In this document: positions 34,957 through 43,441 of the stretch, piece after piece
Numbering within the stretch: position 1 is the first letter of the stretch
How the letters are laid out: each line of letters opens with the position of its first letter
DNA from: an uncultured Rikenellaceae bacterium
GTDB lineage: Bacteria; Bacteroidota; Bacteroidia; Bacteroidales; VadinHA17
NCBI GenBank assembly: GCA_964446435.1
Contig: CAYUOS010000002.1
Coordinates: forward strand, 1-48,009
DNA: 48,009 bases
Reading direction: 5' to 3'
Made by a program: the position numbers and the translations under genes
The notes under the pieces: generated by a model
Databases searched by the model: none
What the model saw: only the letters and a program-made list of their open reading frames with translations
What the model was told of the DNA's origin: nothing

Positions 34957-36609
34957 CTAATTTAGGTCATTGTTTGCGGCATCCCAAACCTGCAGGAAGC
35001 CAAGTTTTATAATATTATGCATTTTCTCCCAGTTTATCAGATTCACATGGTCGCCTACCTGATGGTACTCAGGATGCATTGCGGCCATCCATGCAATAAT
35101 GGGTATCTGGTTTTCAGTGAATGCAGTGTAGTCACTTCCGCCTCTGGGTGCTGGACTGCCACTATATCTCACGTTAAGGCCTATCTTGTACTTATCAACA
35201 TTGGCCTTTGTCCACTCTTCCAGTTTAGGATAGGTACTTGTAAATGTCATGCCGGCCATGTTCTTCTCGGTATCATTGGCAGCATCACGGCCAATCATGT
35301 CGTAATTAAGGTAGAACTTAACATCTGAGATCTTACCCATGGTCGGAAACCTGGTGAAGTAGTCTGAACCCAGAAGACCTTTTTCTTCACCTGTCCATGC
35401 ACAGAAGATGATTGTTCTCTTTGGCTTGATTCCGGTTGCAGCCACAGCCTTTGCAATCATGACCACTCCGACAGTACCTGATGCATTGTCGTCTGCTCCG
35501 TTCCAGACCCTTCCTGCTTCCATCCCCATGTGATCCATATGAGCTCCTACAACCACAAATTCATCTGTTCGTTCTCCCTCTATCATTGCCACCACATTTC
35601 TTACCCGTACCCTCTGGGTTTTAACATCGGTGGTGATCAGTGCTGAAACGCCGCTCAGGATAACGGGCTTTGGACGGAATGAACCGGCGGCAGCATCGGC
35701 CATATATTTTCTCAGTTCTATTCCACTACCCTGCAGAATGTAACTTGCCACTCTCTCAGTAACTGTCATGTTTACAGGGGTTACTGGTATGTTGGCACCA
35801 TCAAGTCGCATCGGATTATAGTTTGTTCTTCTGCTTCCTGATTCAGCCCATGACAACTCAATGCCTTCCTTCAGTACACCCCATCTCTTTGCAATATCGG
35901 TTCCGGGGGTTACCTCTATGATACCTGCTATTTCAATTCCAGCAAGTGCCTCGGTCTTCATTCTGGCGATTTCAATTGCAGATTTTGCAGCAGTTATCTT
36001 CTTGTACATTACAGACTCGGGGTTGTCAGAGCCCGGAAAACCGGCAATCCTGAGTACTATCTTACCCTTGAGGTCCAGCCCGGCCAGTTCATTTATTCCA
36101 AGTCCCTTGTCGTTTATGCCATATCCGATGAATATAACCGGGGCTTCGAATTTTGTGGTCATTGAACTTCTGAGTCCGGTATAGTCTACACCCTCATCGA
36201 ATTTTAATTCCCTGTTGCCCTTCCTTACAGTGAAGGATGAAGGACCGGTTCCAACTGTTTCGATCAGTGAGAAGTTCTGGAAATATGTCCTCTGAGCCTG
36301 GCGAAGTTGGTCCGAACCGATGAAATCGGTGCCTCTTCCACGGATACCGCCTCCGAATCCTGCAGGATCACCCCCGGGAGCAACACCGAAGACCTTGAAC
36401 ATGCTGGCAACATAGTCTCCGGCGAGATACTCGCCCCTCTCTCCGGTTGCCCGGCCTTCTGTCCAGTCGGAGGCAAGGAATTCAAGCTGCCCCCTGATGG
36501 CATCAATGGTAATAGCGTCAAGGCCCCTTTGTTTCGGGTCTGTCTGGCCGCTTACGGTCATAATGGCTACAATCACTGTCAGCAGTGTTGCAAAAAGCAT
36601 CTTCTTCAT
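34957..36609 (-). CDS. M28 family metallopeptidase (with PA-like insert), paralogue 2
   Basis: 550 aa with a signal peptide. Motifs are FLASDWTEGRATGERGEY, VVGAHMDH, NGADDNASGTVGV and TGEEKGLLGS. It lies 8 nt upstream of paralogue 1. Confidence 0.85.
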   Translation of the reverse strand: MKKMLFATLLTVIVAIMTVSGQTDPKQRGLDAITIDAIRGQLEFLASDWTEGRATGERGEYLAGDYVASMFKVFGVAPGGDPAGFGGGIRGRGTDFIGSDQLRQAQRTYFQNFSLIETVGTGPSSFTVRKGNRELKFDEGVDYTGLRSSMTTKFEAPVIFIGYGINDKGLGINELAGLDLKGKIVLRIAGFPGSDNPESVMYKKITAAKSAIEIARMKTEALAGIEIAGIIEVTPGTDIAKRWGVLKEGIELSWAESGSRRTNYNPMRLDGANIPVTPVNMTVTERVASYILQGSGIELRKYMADAAAGSFRPKPVILSGVSALITTDVKTQRVRVRNVVAMIEGERTDEFVVVGAHMDHMGMEAGRVWNGADDNASGTVGVVMIAKAVAATGIKPKRTIIFCAWTGEEKGLLGSDYFTRFPTMGKISDVKFYLNYDMIGRDAANDTEKNMAGMTFTSTYPKLEEWTKANVDKYKIGLNVRYSGSPAPRGGSDYTAFTENQIPIIAWMAAMHPEYHQVGDHVNLINWEKMHNIIKLGFLQVWDAANNDLN

Positions 36610-36774
36610 ATTCTATGGTTATTGGTTAGAATTCACATGCCTAAAATAGTGAATAAAGCCTTACTGCTTTAATTGAGGGGCCCGCTTAACATTTTTTAAC
36701 CCGTCAGACGGGCTTTTATGTGAATCATCATGTCGACAGGATATGTTAATCGGTTCAGTGAGTTACTAAAATGT

Positions 36775-36782
36775 TACTTTTG
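36775..36782 (+). promoter_or_regulatory. candidate -7 promoter box TACTTTTG for the TlpA-like / response-regulator genes
   Basis: Perfect TAnnTTTG, 30 nt upstream of the ATG at 36813. Confidence 0.45.
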
Positions 36783-36812
36783 TATACTTGCAAATAACAA
36801 AGAGATTTAACA

Positions 36813-37343
36813 ATGAAGAAAACGGTATTTTTGCTTTTAATGGCTCTATGCCTTACAGGGGCTTTTGCCCAGGAACGTGTTGTATATGATGAAGGCTACC
36901 TTGTAAAAGTCGGTGATATGGCCCCCGACTTTCTGATAAGGGAGGCTGACGGTAAGGAATACAGGCTTTCCGATCTGAGAGGAAGAGTGGTAATGCTTCA
37001 ATTCACTGCAAGCTGGTGCGGGGTCTGCAGGCAGGAGATGCCATTCATAGAAGATGAGGTATGGAAACCCGGAAAACCCCTTGGGTTGGCCGTAATCGGC
37101 GTTGACCGTGATGAACCGGTCGAAACAGTAAGGAAATTTGCAAAGGACATGGCGATAACATATCCACTGGCGCTTGATCCCGGGGCTGATATCTTCGGAC
37201 TGTTTGCCTTGAAACAGGCAGGCGTAACCCGAAATGTCATAATAGACCGCAATGGCAGGATAATTTTCCTTACAAGACTATTCGAAAGAGACGAGTTCAA
37301 TGAGATGAAGAGTGTGATCTTCAAGGAACTAAACAAGAAATAG
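36813..37343 (+). CDS. TlpA-like thiol:disulfide oxidoreductase (AhpC/TSA-redoxin fold), exported
   Basis: 176 aa with the signal peptide MKKTVFLLLMALCLTGAFAQ and the active site WCGVC in the context VVMLQFTASWCGVCRQE. Confidence 0.85.
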   Translation: MKKTVFLLLMALCLTGAFAQERVVYDEGYLVKVGDMAPDFLIREADGKEYRLSDLRGRVVMLQFTASWCGVCRQEMPFIEDEVWKPGKPLGLAVIGVDRDEPVETVRKFAKDMAITYPLALDPGADIFGLFALKQAGVTRNVIIDRNGRIIFLTRLFERDEFNEMKSVIFKELNKK

Positions 37344-38048
37344 ATGGGATTTGAACCTCGTGATTTCCGGTTGCTGGTTGTTGATGACGAGCAGGATGTA
37401 AGGGAGTTTCTCTCATACAACCTTACCAGAGAAGGATATGAGGTGTCGGCTGCTTCAGACGGTATTGAAGCAGTCGAGAAGGCAGTTGCAGTTTGTCCGC
37501 ACCTCATTATCATGGATGTAATGATGCCGAGAATGGATGGTATAGAGGCATGCAGTGAGATAAGGACCAGGGCGGGGCTGGAAAATACACTGATCTGCTT
37601 CCTTACAGCCCGGGGTGAGGACTATTCACAGATTGCCGGATTTGAAGCAGGAGGCGACGACTATATTGTAAAGCCTGTCAGACCAAAGGTGCTTCTGCAT
37701 CGTATCATGGCGATACTGAAGAGATATTCACGGGAAGAAAAAAGCAGGGGCACAGGTTCACCGGCAACGGAAAACGGACTCACTATCGACAGGGAGAGAT
37801 ATGTTATTCTAAAGGGAGGTGATGAGATAATGGTTCCGCGAAAAGAGTTTGAACTCCTGGCCCTGCTGATGTCGAAAAAGGGAAAAGTCTTCTCACGCGA
37901 GGAAATTTTTTTAAAAGTATGGGGTGACGATGTAATTGTCGGAGAAAGAACTATTGACGTGCATGTCAGGAAATTACGAGAACGAATCGGAAATAGTTTC
38001 ATTATAACGCTCAAGGGTGTGGGCTATAAATTCAACGAAGACGTGTAA
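37344..38048 (+). CDS. OmpR/PhoB-type response regulator, orphan (possibly RprY-like)
   Basis: 234 aa. The receiver domain has LLVVDDEQD, IIMDVMMP (phospho-acceptor Asp) and YIVKP. The winged-helix output domain has REEIFLKVWG..TIDVHVRKLRERIG. Its ATG directly abuts the TAG of the TlpA-like gene. Confidence 0.9.
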   Translation: MGFEPRDFRLLVVDDEQDVREFLSYNLTREGYEVSAASDGIEAVEKAVAVCPHLIIMDVMMPRMDGIEACSEIRTRAGLENTLICFLTARGEDYSQIAGFEAGGDDYIVKPVRPKVLLHRIMAILKRYSREEKSRGTGSPATENGLTIDRERYVILKGGDEIMVPRKEFELLALLMSKKGKVFSREEIFLKVWGDDVIVGERTIDVHVRKLRERIGNSFIITLKGVGYKFNEDV

Positions 38049-38119
38049 CAATAGGCTATATTGCAACGTTTAACCCATGTATTTAGTCAATTTACTGTTG
38101 ATAACTTAAACCTTCAATT

Positions 38120-38749
38120 ATGAAAAAGATTTTTTTACTAGTAGCAGCAATGATGCTTGCCGCACCGGTATTCTCACAGTTGAACTGGGGCGTCAAGTTT
38201 GGGGCGAGCACAAATAATCTTGCCATAGACCAGAGCATCACGACAACAGGTGGCGGCCAGATCCTCCTTGAACAGGCAAAGGATGCCTCCTACGGTTTCC
38301 ACGGAGGGCTCTTTGTGCGACTTTCCCTTCTCGGCATCTATATTCAGCCGGAAATACTATTTGCAACAGCCGAAAACAAGATCAGTATAACAGATATTGG
38401 ACAGACTACTGCCGAAATCAGAAGCCAGAAGTTCAATAAACTTGATATTCCGGTGTTGCTTGGTTTCAAACTGGGTCCTCTGCGAATCAACGGTGGCCCG
38501 GCAGCAACAATAATGCTTAGCTCGCCGAAGGAACTTTTTGACACCCAGAATTATGAAAGCCTCTACAAGTCAGCGACATTCGGGTATCAGGCCGGAATAG
38601 GAGTCGATATACTTAAAAAGCTGACTCTCGACCTGCGCTATGAGGGCAACCTGAATCAATTTGGCAATGAACTGACCATAGGAAGCCAGACATTCGAACT
38701 CGACCAGAGATCGAGTGCAATCAGCCTCAGCCTCGGGTTAATTTTCTAA
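38120..38749 (+). CDS. small outer-membrane beta-barrel (porin-family) protein
   Basis: 209 aa with the signal peptide MKKIFLLVAAMMLAAPVFSQ. It has alternating beta-strand patterns and a C-terminal LSLGLIF with a terminal Phe. Confidence 0.75.
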   Translation: MKKIFLLVAAMMLAAPVFSQLNWGVKFGASTNNLAIDQSITTTGGGQILLEQAKDASYGFHGGLFVRLSLLGIYIQPEILFATAENKISITDIGQTTAEIRSQKFNKLDIPVLLGFKLGPLRINGGPAATIMLSSPKELFDTQNYESLYKSATFGYQAGIGVDILKKLTLDLRYEGNLNQFGNELTIGSQTFELDQRSSAISLSLGLIF

Positions 38750-38776
38750 AACCTGCAAGAGTAATATTTTAGTGAA

Positions 38777-38810
38777 GACTCTCCGGAATAACCGGAGAGT
38801 TTTCTATTTT
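38777..38810 (+). terminator. Rho-independent terminator after the outer-membrane protein gene
   Basis: 9-bp stem ACTCTCCGG (38778..38786) pairs with CCGGAGAGT (38792..38800) around a 5-nt loop, followed by TTTCTATTTTT. Confidence 0.8.
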
Positions 38811-38830
38811 TACGGAGATTAGCAATTTTT

Positions 38831-40300
38831 ATGAGGCTATTACCTGATTTCGGCTTTAGCAGTGTTGAAGGGTTTCTGTCGATCCTCTACCTGGTCACCA
38901 TTCTCTTCATCTGTCTGATGATTATCTTCCAGAACAAGGCACCCGTTAAGACATTGTCATGGATAATGGTGGTCTTGCTGCTGCCCGTCGTCGGTATAGT
39001 ACTCTATATATTTTTCGGCCAGGATTACCGAAAGAGAAAGATCTTTTCAAGAAAGGGGCTGAGAAACCTGATACGCATATCCGATCATGCCACATTGCAG
39101 ATTGAATCAATAGATGAAATACTTAAGTCTGAAAGCCAGGCAGTAAAGGCAAAGGAACATCTGGTCAGGCTTATGCTCAACAACGACAAGGCTATTCTCA
39201 CCAGGTACAACCGTGTTGATATTCTTCTCGATGGAACCCAGACCTTTCCAGCCATGCTCGAGTCGATCAGGAGCGCGAAGAGATACATCCATATGCAGTT
39301 CTACAGGTTTGAATTCGATGAACTGGGAAGGGAATTCCTTCTGGCACTCAAGGAGAAGGCAATGTCAGGTGTAGAGGTAAGGATCATGTTCGACGATGTG
39401 GGGAGCTGGAACTTTCCCTACGCCACAATAAAGGAGATGAAGAGCTGTGGAGTGGAGATCTTCCCGTTCCTTCCGGTACGGTTCCCCTTTTTCACAAGCA
39501 AGATAAACTATCGGAATCACAGAAAAATAATGGTTGTCGATGGCGATCATGGTTACATCGGCGGCCTGAATCTGGCACGTAAGTATCTTTTCGGCCTGAA
39601 AGAGCTGGGTAGATGGCGCGACACCCATCTGAGAATCAGTGGAGAAGCCGTGTCAGCCCTCAATAGTGTCTTCCTTACCGACTGGTTCTTCGTAACAGGG
39701 ATCATACTTACCAATGAACCGGAGTATTTTACAGGGGCACGTCATGCCGGTAACAGCCTGATACAGATAACTTCAAGCGGTCCTGACTCAGACTGGGCAA
39801 GCATCATGCAGGTTTATTTTTCAGCCATAGCTACGGCCCGGGAGTCAATTTTCATCTCCACACCATACTTCTCTCCCGATGACAGCCTGCGTACTGCGCT
39901 GATCACCTCGGCCCTGAGCGGGGTCGACGTGAGACTCCTGGTTCCGGAAAGATCAGATTCGATAATCGCTACATGGAACACCCGATCGTATATTTCTGAA
40001 CTCCTCGAGGCAGGAGTGAAGGTCTACCTTTACGGCAAGGGATTCAACCATTCAAAGTATATGATTGTCGACAACGTATTCACAGCGGTCGGGTCGGCGA
40101 ATTTTGACATCAGAAGCTTCGATCTCAATTTCGAGGTTATGGCTCTGGTTTATGATGAGGGTTTCGCTGGTGATATGATAAAGGTATTTGAAAAGGATAT
40201 TGAGGGAACACGGCTGGTTAGTCCTGCAGGGTGGGAGCAACGGAAAAGATCATGGAGGTACAGGGAGTCGCTTGCCCGTATTCTGGGGCCGCTATACTAA
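38831..40300 (+). CDS. cls: cardiolipin synthase
   Basis: 489 aa with two N-terminal TM helices and two PLD HKD motifs, HRKIMVVDG and HSKYMIVDN. Confidence 0.9.
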   Translation: MRLLPDFGFSSVEGFLSILYLVTILFICLMIIFQNKAPVKTLSWIMVVLLLPVVGIVLYIFFGQDYRKRKIFSRKGLRNLIRISDHATLQIESIDEILKSESQAVKAKEHLVRLMLNNDKAILTRYNRVDILLDGTQTFPAMLESIRSAKRYIHMQFYRFEFDELGREFLLALKEKAMSGVEVRIMFDDVGSWNFPYATIKEMKSCGVEIFPFLPVRFPFFTSKINYRNHRKIMVVDGDHGYIGGLNLARKYLFGLKELGRWRDTHLRISGEAVSALNSVFLTDWFFVTGIILTNEPEYFTGARHAGNSLIQITSSGPDSDWASIMQVYFSAIATARESIFISTPYFSPDDSLRTALITSALSGVDVRLLVPERSDSIIATWNTRSYISELLEAGVKVYLYGKGFNHSKYMIVDNVFTAVGSANFDIRSFDLNFEVMALVYDEGFAGDMIKVFEKDIEGTRLVSPAGWEQRKRSWRYRESLARILGPLY

Positions 40301-40311
40301 TATTGATTTTT

Positions 40312-41217
40312 ATGGCGGGGACAGTTACCAGAATTGCAGAGGGCAGGAAATACGGGTTTCTTCTCGAGAAGATAACCGAGGTTCCCGAGAAGGGCCGGCA
40401 CTATGTACTTAAAGGTCCCGATGGCCGCAGATACCTGGTGCCGGTGGCCAGTTACGCTGCCTATGGCCTGAGGCCGGGAGAGAAGGTTGTCTGCAGGGTG
40501 GACAAGATAAACTGCAAGGGTGAGGTTTTTCTCGAGCCAGAGAACCCTTTCTACAATGAGGGTAAAAGGTATAATTTCATTGTTGAGCGATACCGTGAAA
40601 TAGAGGGCAGCAGAATCAGGGAAGGCAGGGTGATGGTTATAAGAACCAGTACCGGAGAGGAGATACCGGTTCCGGTACCCGCAAGGTCTGATACGCCTGA
40701 ACCGGGTGATAATGTTAACCTCCTCGTGCTAAAGATATCAAAAGGAAGGCTGCACCTGGCTTTCAGTAAAAATGAATGCCGGGTTAAGCACCTCGTCAGT
40801 GATACCGATTATGAGTTCGTCGTTGAAGGAATCGAAACAGATATCGACGGTGAGGAGTATTTCGTGATTTCCGACCAGCTTGGGGTAATTCATACTATCA
40901 GGAGGAAATATTATGAGTATTATGGTCTGAAGGAAGGGGTGAGGTTCAATGGCCGGGTGGTAAAGTACCGAGGTGATGGCACCAGGCTGATTGAGCCGGA
41001 AAACCCTTTCTATAAGCCCGGACAGACAATTGAGATTACAATCTCAAAAAATGAAAAGAACAGTTCCGACGGCTCCTACTATATAGCCGGAACCGACAAG
41101 TATGGGTTTATGCATGAACTCAGACTCGAGAGGGCTGTTAATGGCAGCCGGCTTTTATGCAGGATATTGATGATAAGAAAGGGTAAGGCATTACTGGAAC
41201 CTGTCTCTCAGGCTTAG
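40312..41217 (+). CDS. protein of unknown function with an internal duplication (two EPENPFY modules)
   Basis: The start is set at the ATG at 40312 (301 aa), just after the cls stop. The ORF-track start at 40231 would overlap cls by 70 nt. Module 1 is RYLVPVASYAAYGLRPGEKVVCRVDKINCKGEVFLEPENPFY. Module 2 is IHTIRRKYYEYYGLKEGVRFNGRVVKYRGDGTRLIEPENPFY. Confidence 0.65.
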   Translation: MAGTVTRIAEGRKYGFLLEKITEVPEKGRHYVLKGPDGRRYLVPVASYAAYGLRPGEKVVCRVDKINCKGEVFLEPENPFYNEGKRYNFIVERYREIEGSRIREGRVMVIRTSTGEEIPVPVPARSDTPEPGDNVNLLVLKISKGRLHLAFSKNECRVKHLVSDTDYEFVVEGIETDIDGEEYFVISDQLGVIHTIRRKYYEYYGLKEGVRFNGRVVKYRGDGTRLIEPENPFYKPGQTIEITISKNEKNSSDGSYYIAGTDKYGFMHELRLERAVNGSRLLCRILMIRKGKALLEPVSQA

Positions 41218-41283
41218 CCGGGGGGGCGAGGCCTTATGGAATATCTCCCGGGAGAGGTTAAGGCTAATATCAGATTTCATTGC

Positions 41284-41291
41284 TATTTTTG
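41284..41291 (+). promoter_or_regulatory. candidate -7 promoter box TATTTTTG for mltG
   Basis: Perfect TAnnTTTG, 16 nt upstream of the ATG at 41308 and inside the ORF-track N-terminal extension. Confidence 0.45.
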
Positions 41292-41307
41292 CAGCAAAAT
41301 CAGGAAG

Positions 41308-42336
41308 ATGAAAAAGACAATCCAGAATATACTTTTGCTGATAGTAATAGTGTTTGCAATTGTGGCATGGTCTTTCTACCGGACCTTCTGGTTCCCCAAT
41401 ACCAGGTCGGGAGATGTTCCGGTGGTGCTGACTATACCTGAGGGAGCATCCTTTGAACAGGTTTGCGACTCGCTTGAAGCTGCAAGGCTGATAATAAACA
41501 TGAAGAGTTTCACGCTTGCGGCAAAGGCCAGGAAATATACCGGAAACGTAAAACCAGGACGCTATCTGGTTGAAGGAGAAATGAGTAACCTCAAGCTGGT
41601 AACAATGCTCAGGGCAGGGCTGCAGACTCCTGTTAAGGTTACCTTTAATAACATCAGGACAATCAATGAGCTGGCCGGCAGGATAGGCAGCCAGATAGAG
41701 CCAGACTCAGCTGAGATAATAGCGTTCCTGTTGAATGAGGATAACTACTCATCTGATGGGTTTAAAAAGGAGACAGTTATTTCAGTCTTCATTCCCGATA
41801 CATACGAAATGTACTGGACCACCTCTGCCGAGGGGTTTTACAGGAGGATGCTGAGGGAATACAATCGCTTCTGGAATGATGACCGTATGGCGAAGGCGAC
41901 ACAGAGGAAGCTGACTCCCGTTGAGGTCAGCATTATAGCTTCCATCGTCGATGATGAGGTGGCAAAAGATGATGAGAAGCCCAGAATAGCCGGGGTCTAT
42001 CTTAACCGCCTGAGGATAGGCATGCCATTGCAGGCTTGTCCTACCATCAAGTTCGCTCTTAACGATTTCACAATCACGAGGGTGCTTTACGAGCACATGC
42101 AGGTTGAGTCACCCTACAATACATACAAATACCGTGGTCTGCCGCCGGGGCCGGTAAGGTGCCCCACAATCTCGGGAATTGATGCAGTGCTGAATGCCGA
42201 AAAGCACGATTATCTCTATTTTGCTGCCAGAGCCGATTTCTCAGGGTACCATAACTTTTCACGGACACTTGCAGAACACAACAGGTACGCAAATGAATAC
42301 CAGCGGGAACTCGACCGCAGACGGATATTCCGATAA
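41308..42336 (+). CDS. mltG: endolytic murein transglycosylase (YceG-like)
   Basis: The start at 41308 gives MKKTIQNILLLIVIVFAIVAW, a single TM anchor. YceG motifs are AGVYLNRL, GMPLQACPT, SPYNTYKYRGLPPGPV and RTLAEHN. Confidence 0.85.
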   Translation: MKKTIQNILLLIVIVFAIVAWSFYRTFWFPNTRSGDVPVVLTIPEGASFEQVCDSLEAARLIINMKSFTLAAKARKYTGNVKPGRYLVEGEMSNLKLVTMLRAGLQTPVKVTFNNIRTINELAGRIGSQIEPDSAEIIAFLLNEDNYSSDGFKKETVISVFIPDTYEMYWTTSAEGFYRRMLREYNRFWNDDRMAKATQRKLTPVEVSIIASIVDDEVAKDDEKPRIAGVYLNRLRIGMPLQACPTIKFALNDFTITRVLYEHMQVESPYNTYKYRGLPPGPVRCPTISGIDAVLNAEKHDYLYFAARADFSGYHNFSRTLAEHNRYANEYQRELDRRRIFR

Positions 42337-42349
42337 TCAAAAGGGTAAT

Positions 42350-43360
42350 CTATCTTACCACCTCAACCTCTCGTTCGAGTATTACCCCGAACCGGCTTTC
42401 AACACTCTGGCTTATCTCTTCCGAGAGTGCAAAAATCTCTGCTCCTGTTGCTTTTCCATGATTTACAAGTACAAGAGCCTGACGATCGTGTACTCCTGCA
42501 TCACCTTTTCTGTAACCCTTCCATCCGCATTGCTCGATTAACCACCCTGCTGCCAGTTTCCTGTAACCACTCTCCGCAGGGTAAACAGGCATAGACGGGT
42601 ATTCGCCAAGCAGATGGGCAGCCAGGGCCTGTGCGACAACAGGATTCTTAAAGAAACTTCCGGCATTGCCGGTTTCAGACGGATCGGGAAGCTTTGACCG
42701 GCGTATCTCAATAACGGCCTCCCTTATATTCTCCAATGACGGCATTCCTCTTTTCTCAACCTCGGCAAGCAGGCTTCCGTATGAGAGGTTGGGTTTATAC
42801 TCAGTTGAAAGCCTGAATGATACGGCAGTGACCAGATTTCTTCCCCTGATCTCATTCTTGAAGATGCTCTGTCGGTACCCAAATCCGCACTCTCCGCATG
42901 TGAAAAACTCCCTCTTTCCTGAACCGATATTGATGGTATGTACAGCCTCAACAATATCAGCTGCCTCGGTTCCGTAGGCACCTATATTCTGTACTGCTGA
43001 TGCGCCTGTCATACCAGGAATCAGTGAAAGGTTTTCGGTTCCGCCAAGACCCTTCGCGACGGCCCATCCCACAAACTCATCCCATATCACGCCGGCGCCG
43101 ACTGTAACAGCTACCTCTTTGCCGGTCTTTTTGCCTGTTTCTATTCCGGTAATTAGCGGGTGAATAATAGTGCCCTCGAAGTCATTGACAAACAGCAGGT
43201 TGCTTCCACCTCCCATAATCATCAGGGGTCCGTCTGCGGCAATACCTGAGGCTATAAGGCTAACTGCCTCCCTTTCGTCCCTTACTAATGCGAATCGTCT
43301 GGCCCTGGCTTCGATTCCGAATGTGTTGTGAGGCTTTAGATCGTAGCTTTCAAAGATCAT
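42350..43360 (-). CDS. murB: UDP-N-acetylenolpyruvoylglucosamine reductase
   Basis: It has HNTFGIEA, the FAD-binding GGGSNLL, and GSFFKNP. The ATG at 43360 (336 aa) is preferred over the ORF-track TTG at 43378, which lies inside the candidate -7 box. Confidence 0.9.
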   Translation of the reverse strand: MIFESYDLKPHNTFGIEARARRFALVRDEREAVSLIASGIAADGPLMIMGGGSNLLFVNDFEGTIIHPLITGIETGKKTGKEVAVTVGAGVIWDEFVGWAVAKGLGGTENLSLIPGMTGASAVQNIGAYGTEAADIVEAVHTINIGSGKREFFTCGECGFGYRQSIFKNEIRGRNLVTAVSFRLSTEYKPNLSYGSLLAEVEKRGMPSLENIREAVIEIRRSKLPDPSETGNAGSFFKNPVVAQALAAHLLGEYPSMPVYPAESGYRKLAAGWLIEQCGWKGYRKGDAGVHDRQALVLVNHGKATGAEIFALSEEISQSVESRFGVILEREVEVVR

Positions 43361-43375
43361 TTCTGCTGTTTTGGG

Positions 43376-43383
43376 CAAAGTTA
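43376..43383 (-). promoter_or_regulatory. candidate -7 promoter box TAACTTTG for murB
   Basis: The plus strand reads CAAAGTTA, which is TAACTTTG on the minus strand. It lies 15 nt upstream of the ATG at 43360. Confidence 0.4.
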
Positions 43384-43409
43384 AAACATTCCGACCGGCT
43401 TTCTGTTAT

Positions 43410-43417
43410 TATATTTG
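43410..43417 (+). promoter_or_regulatory. candidate -7 promoter box TATATTTG for the small membrane protein gene
   Basis: Perfect TAnnTTTG, 24 nt upstream of the ATG at 43442. The ORF-track TTG start at 43415 lies inside the box. Confidence 0.4.
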
Positions 43418-43441
43418 CCGGGTAGGCTTTTTATTTGGATT

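Noticed and set aside
36700-36718. A small hairpin CCCGT-CAG-ACGGG followed by CTTTTAT in the 203-nt intergenic region upstream of the TlpA-like gene. It could be a sRNA terminator or attenuator.
   Set aside because: It has only a 5-bp stem and a 3-nt loop. No upstream plus-strand promoter or gene would use it, and it lies upstream of the candidate -7 box at 36775. That is too weak to call.
40231-40311. The longer start for the EPENPFY-repeat protein, which overlaps cls by 70 nt.
   Set aside because: The extension would be translated from the cls 3' end in another frame. An in-frame ATG sits 11 nt after the cls stop.
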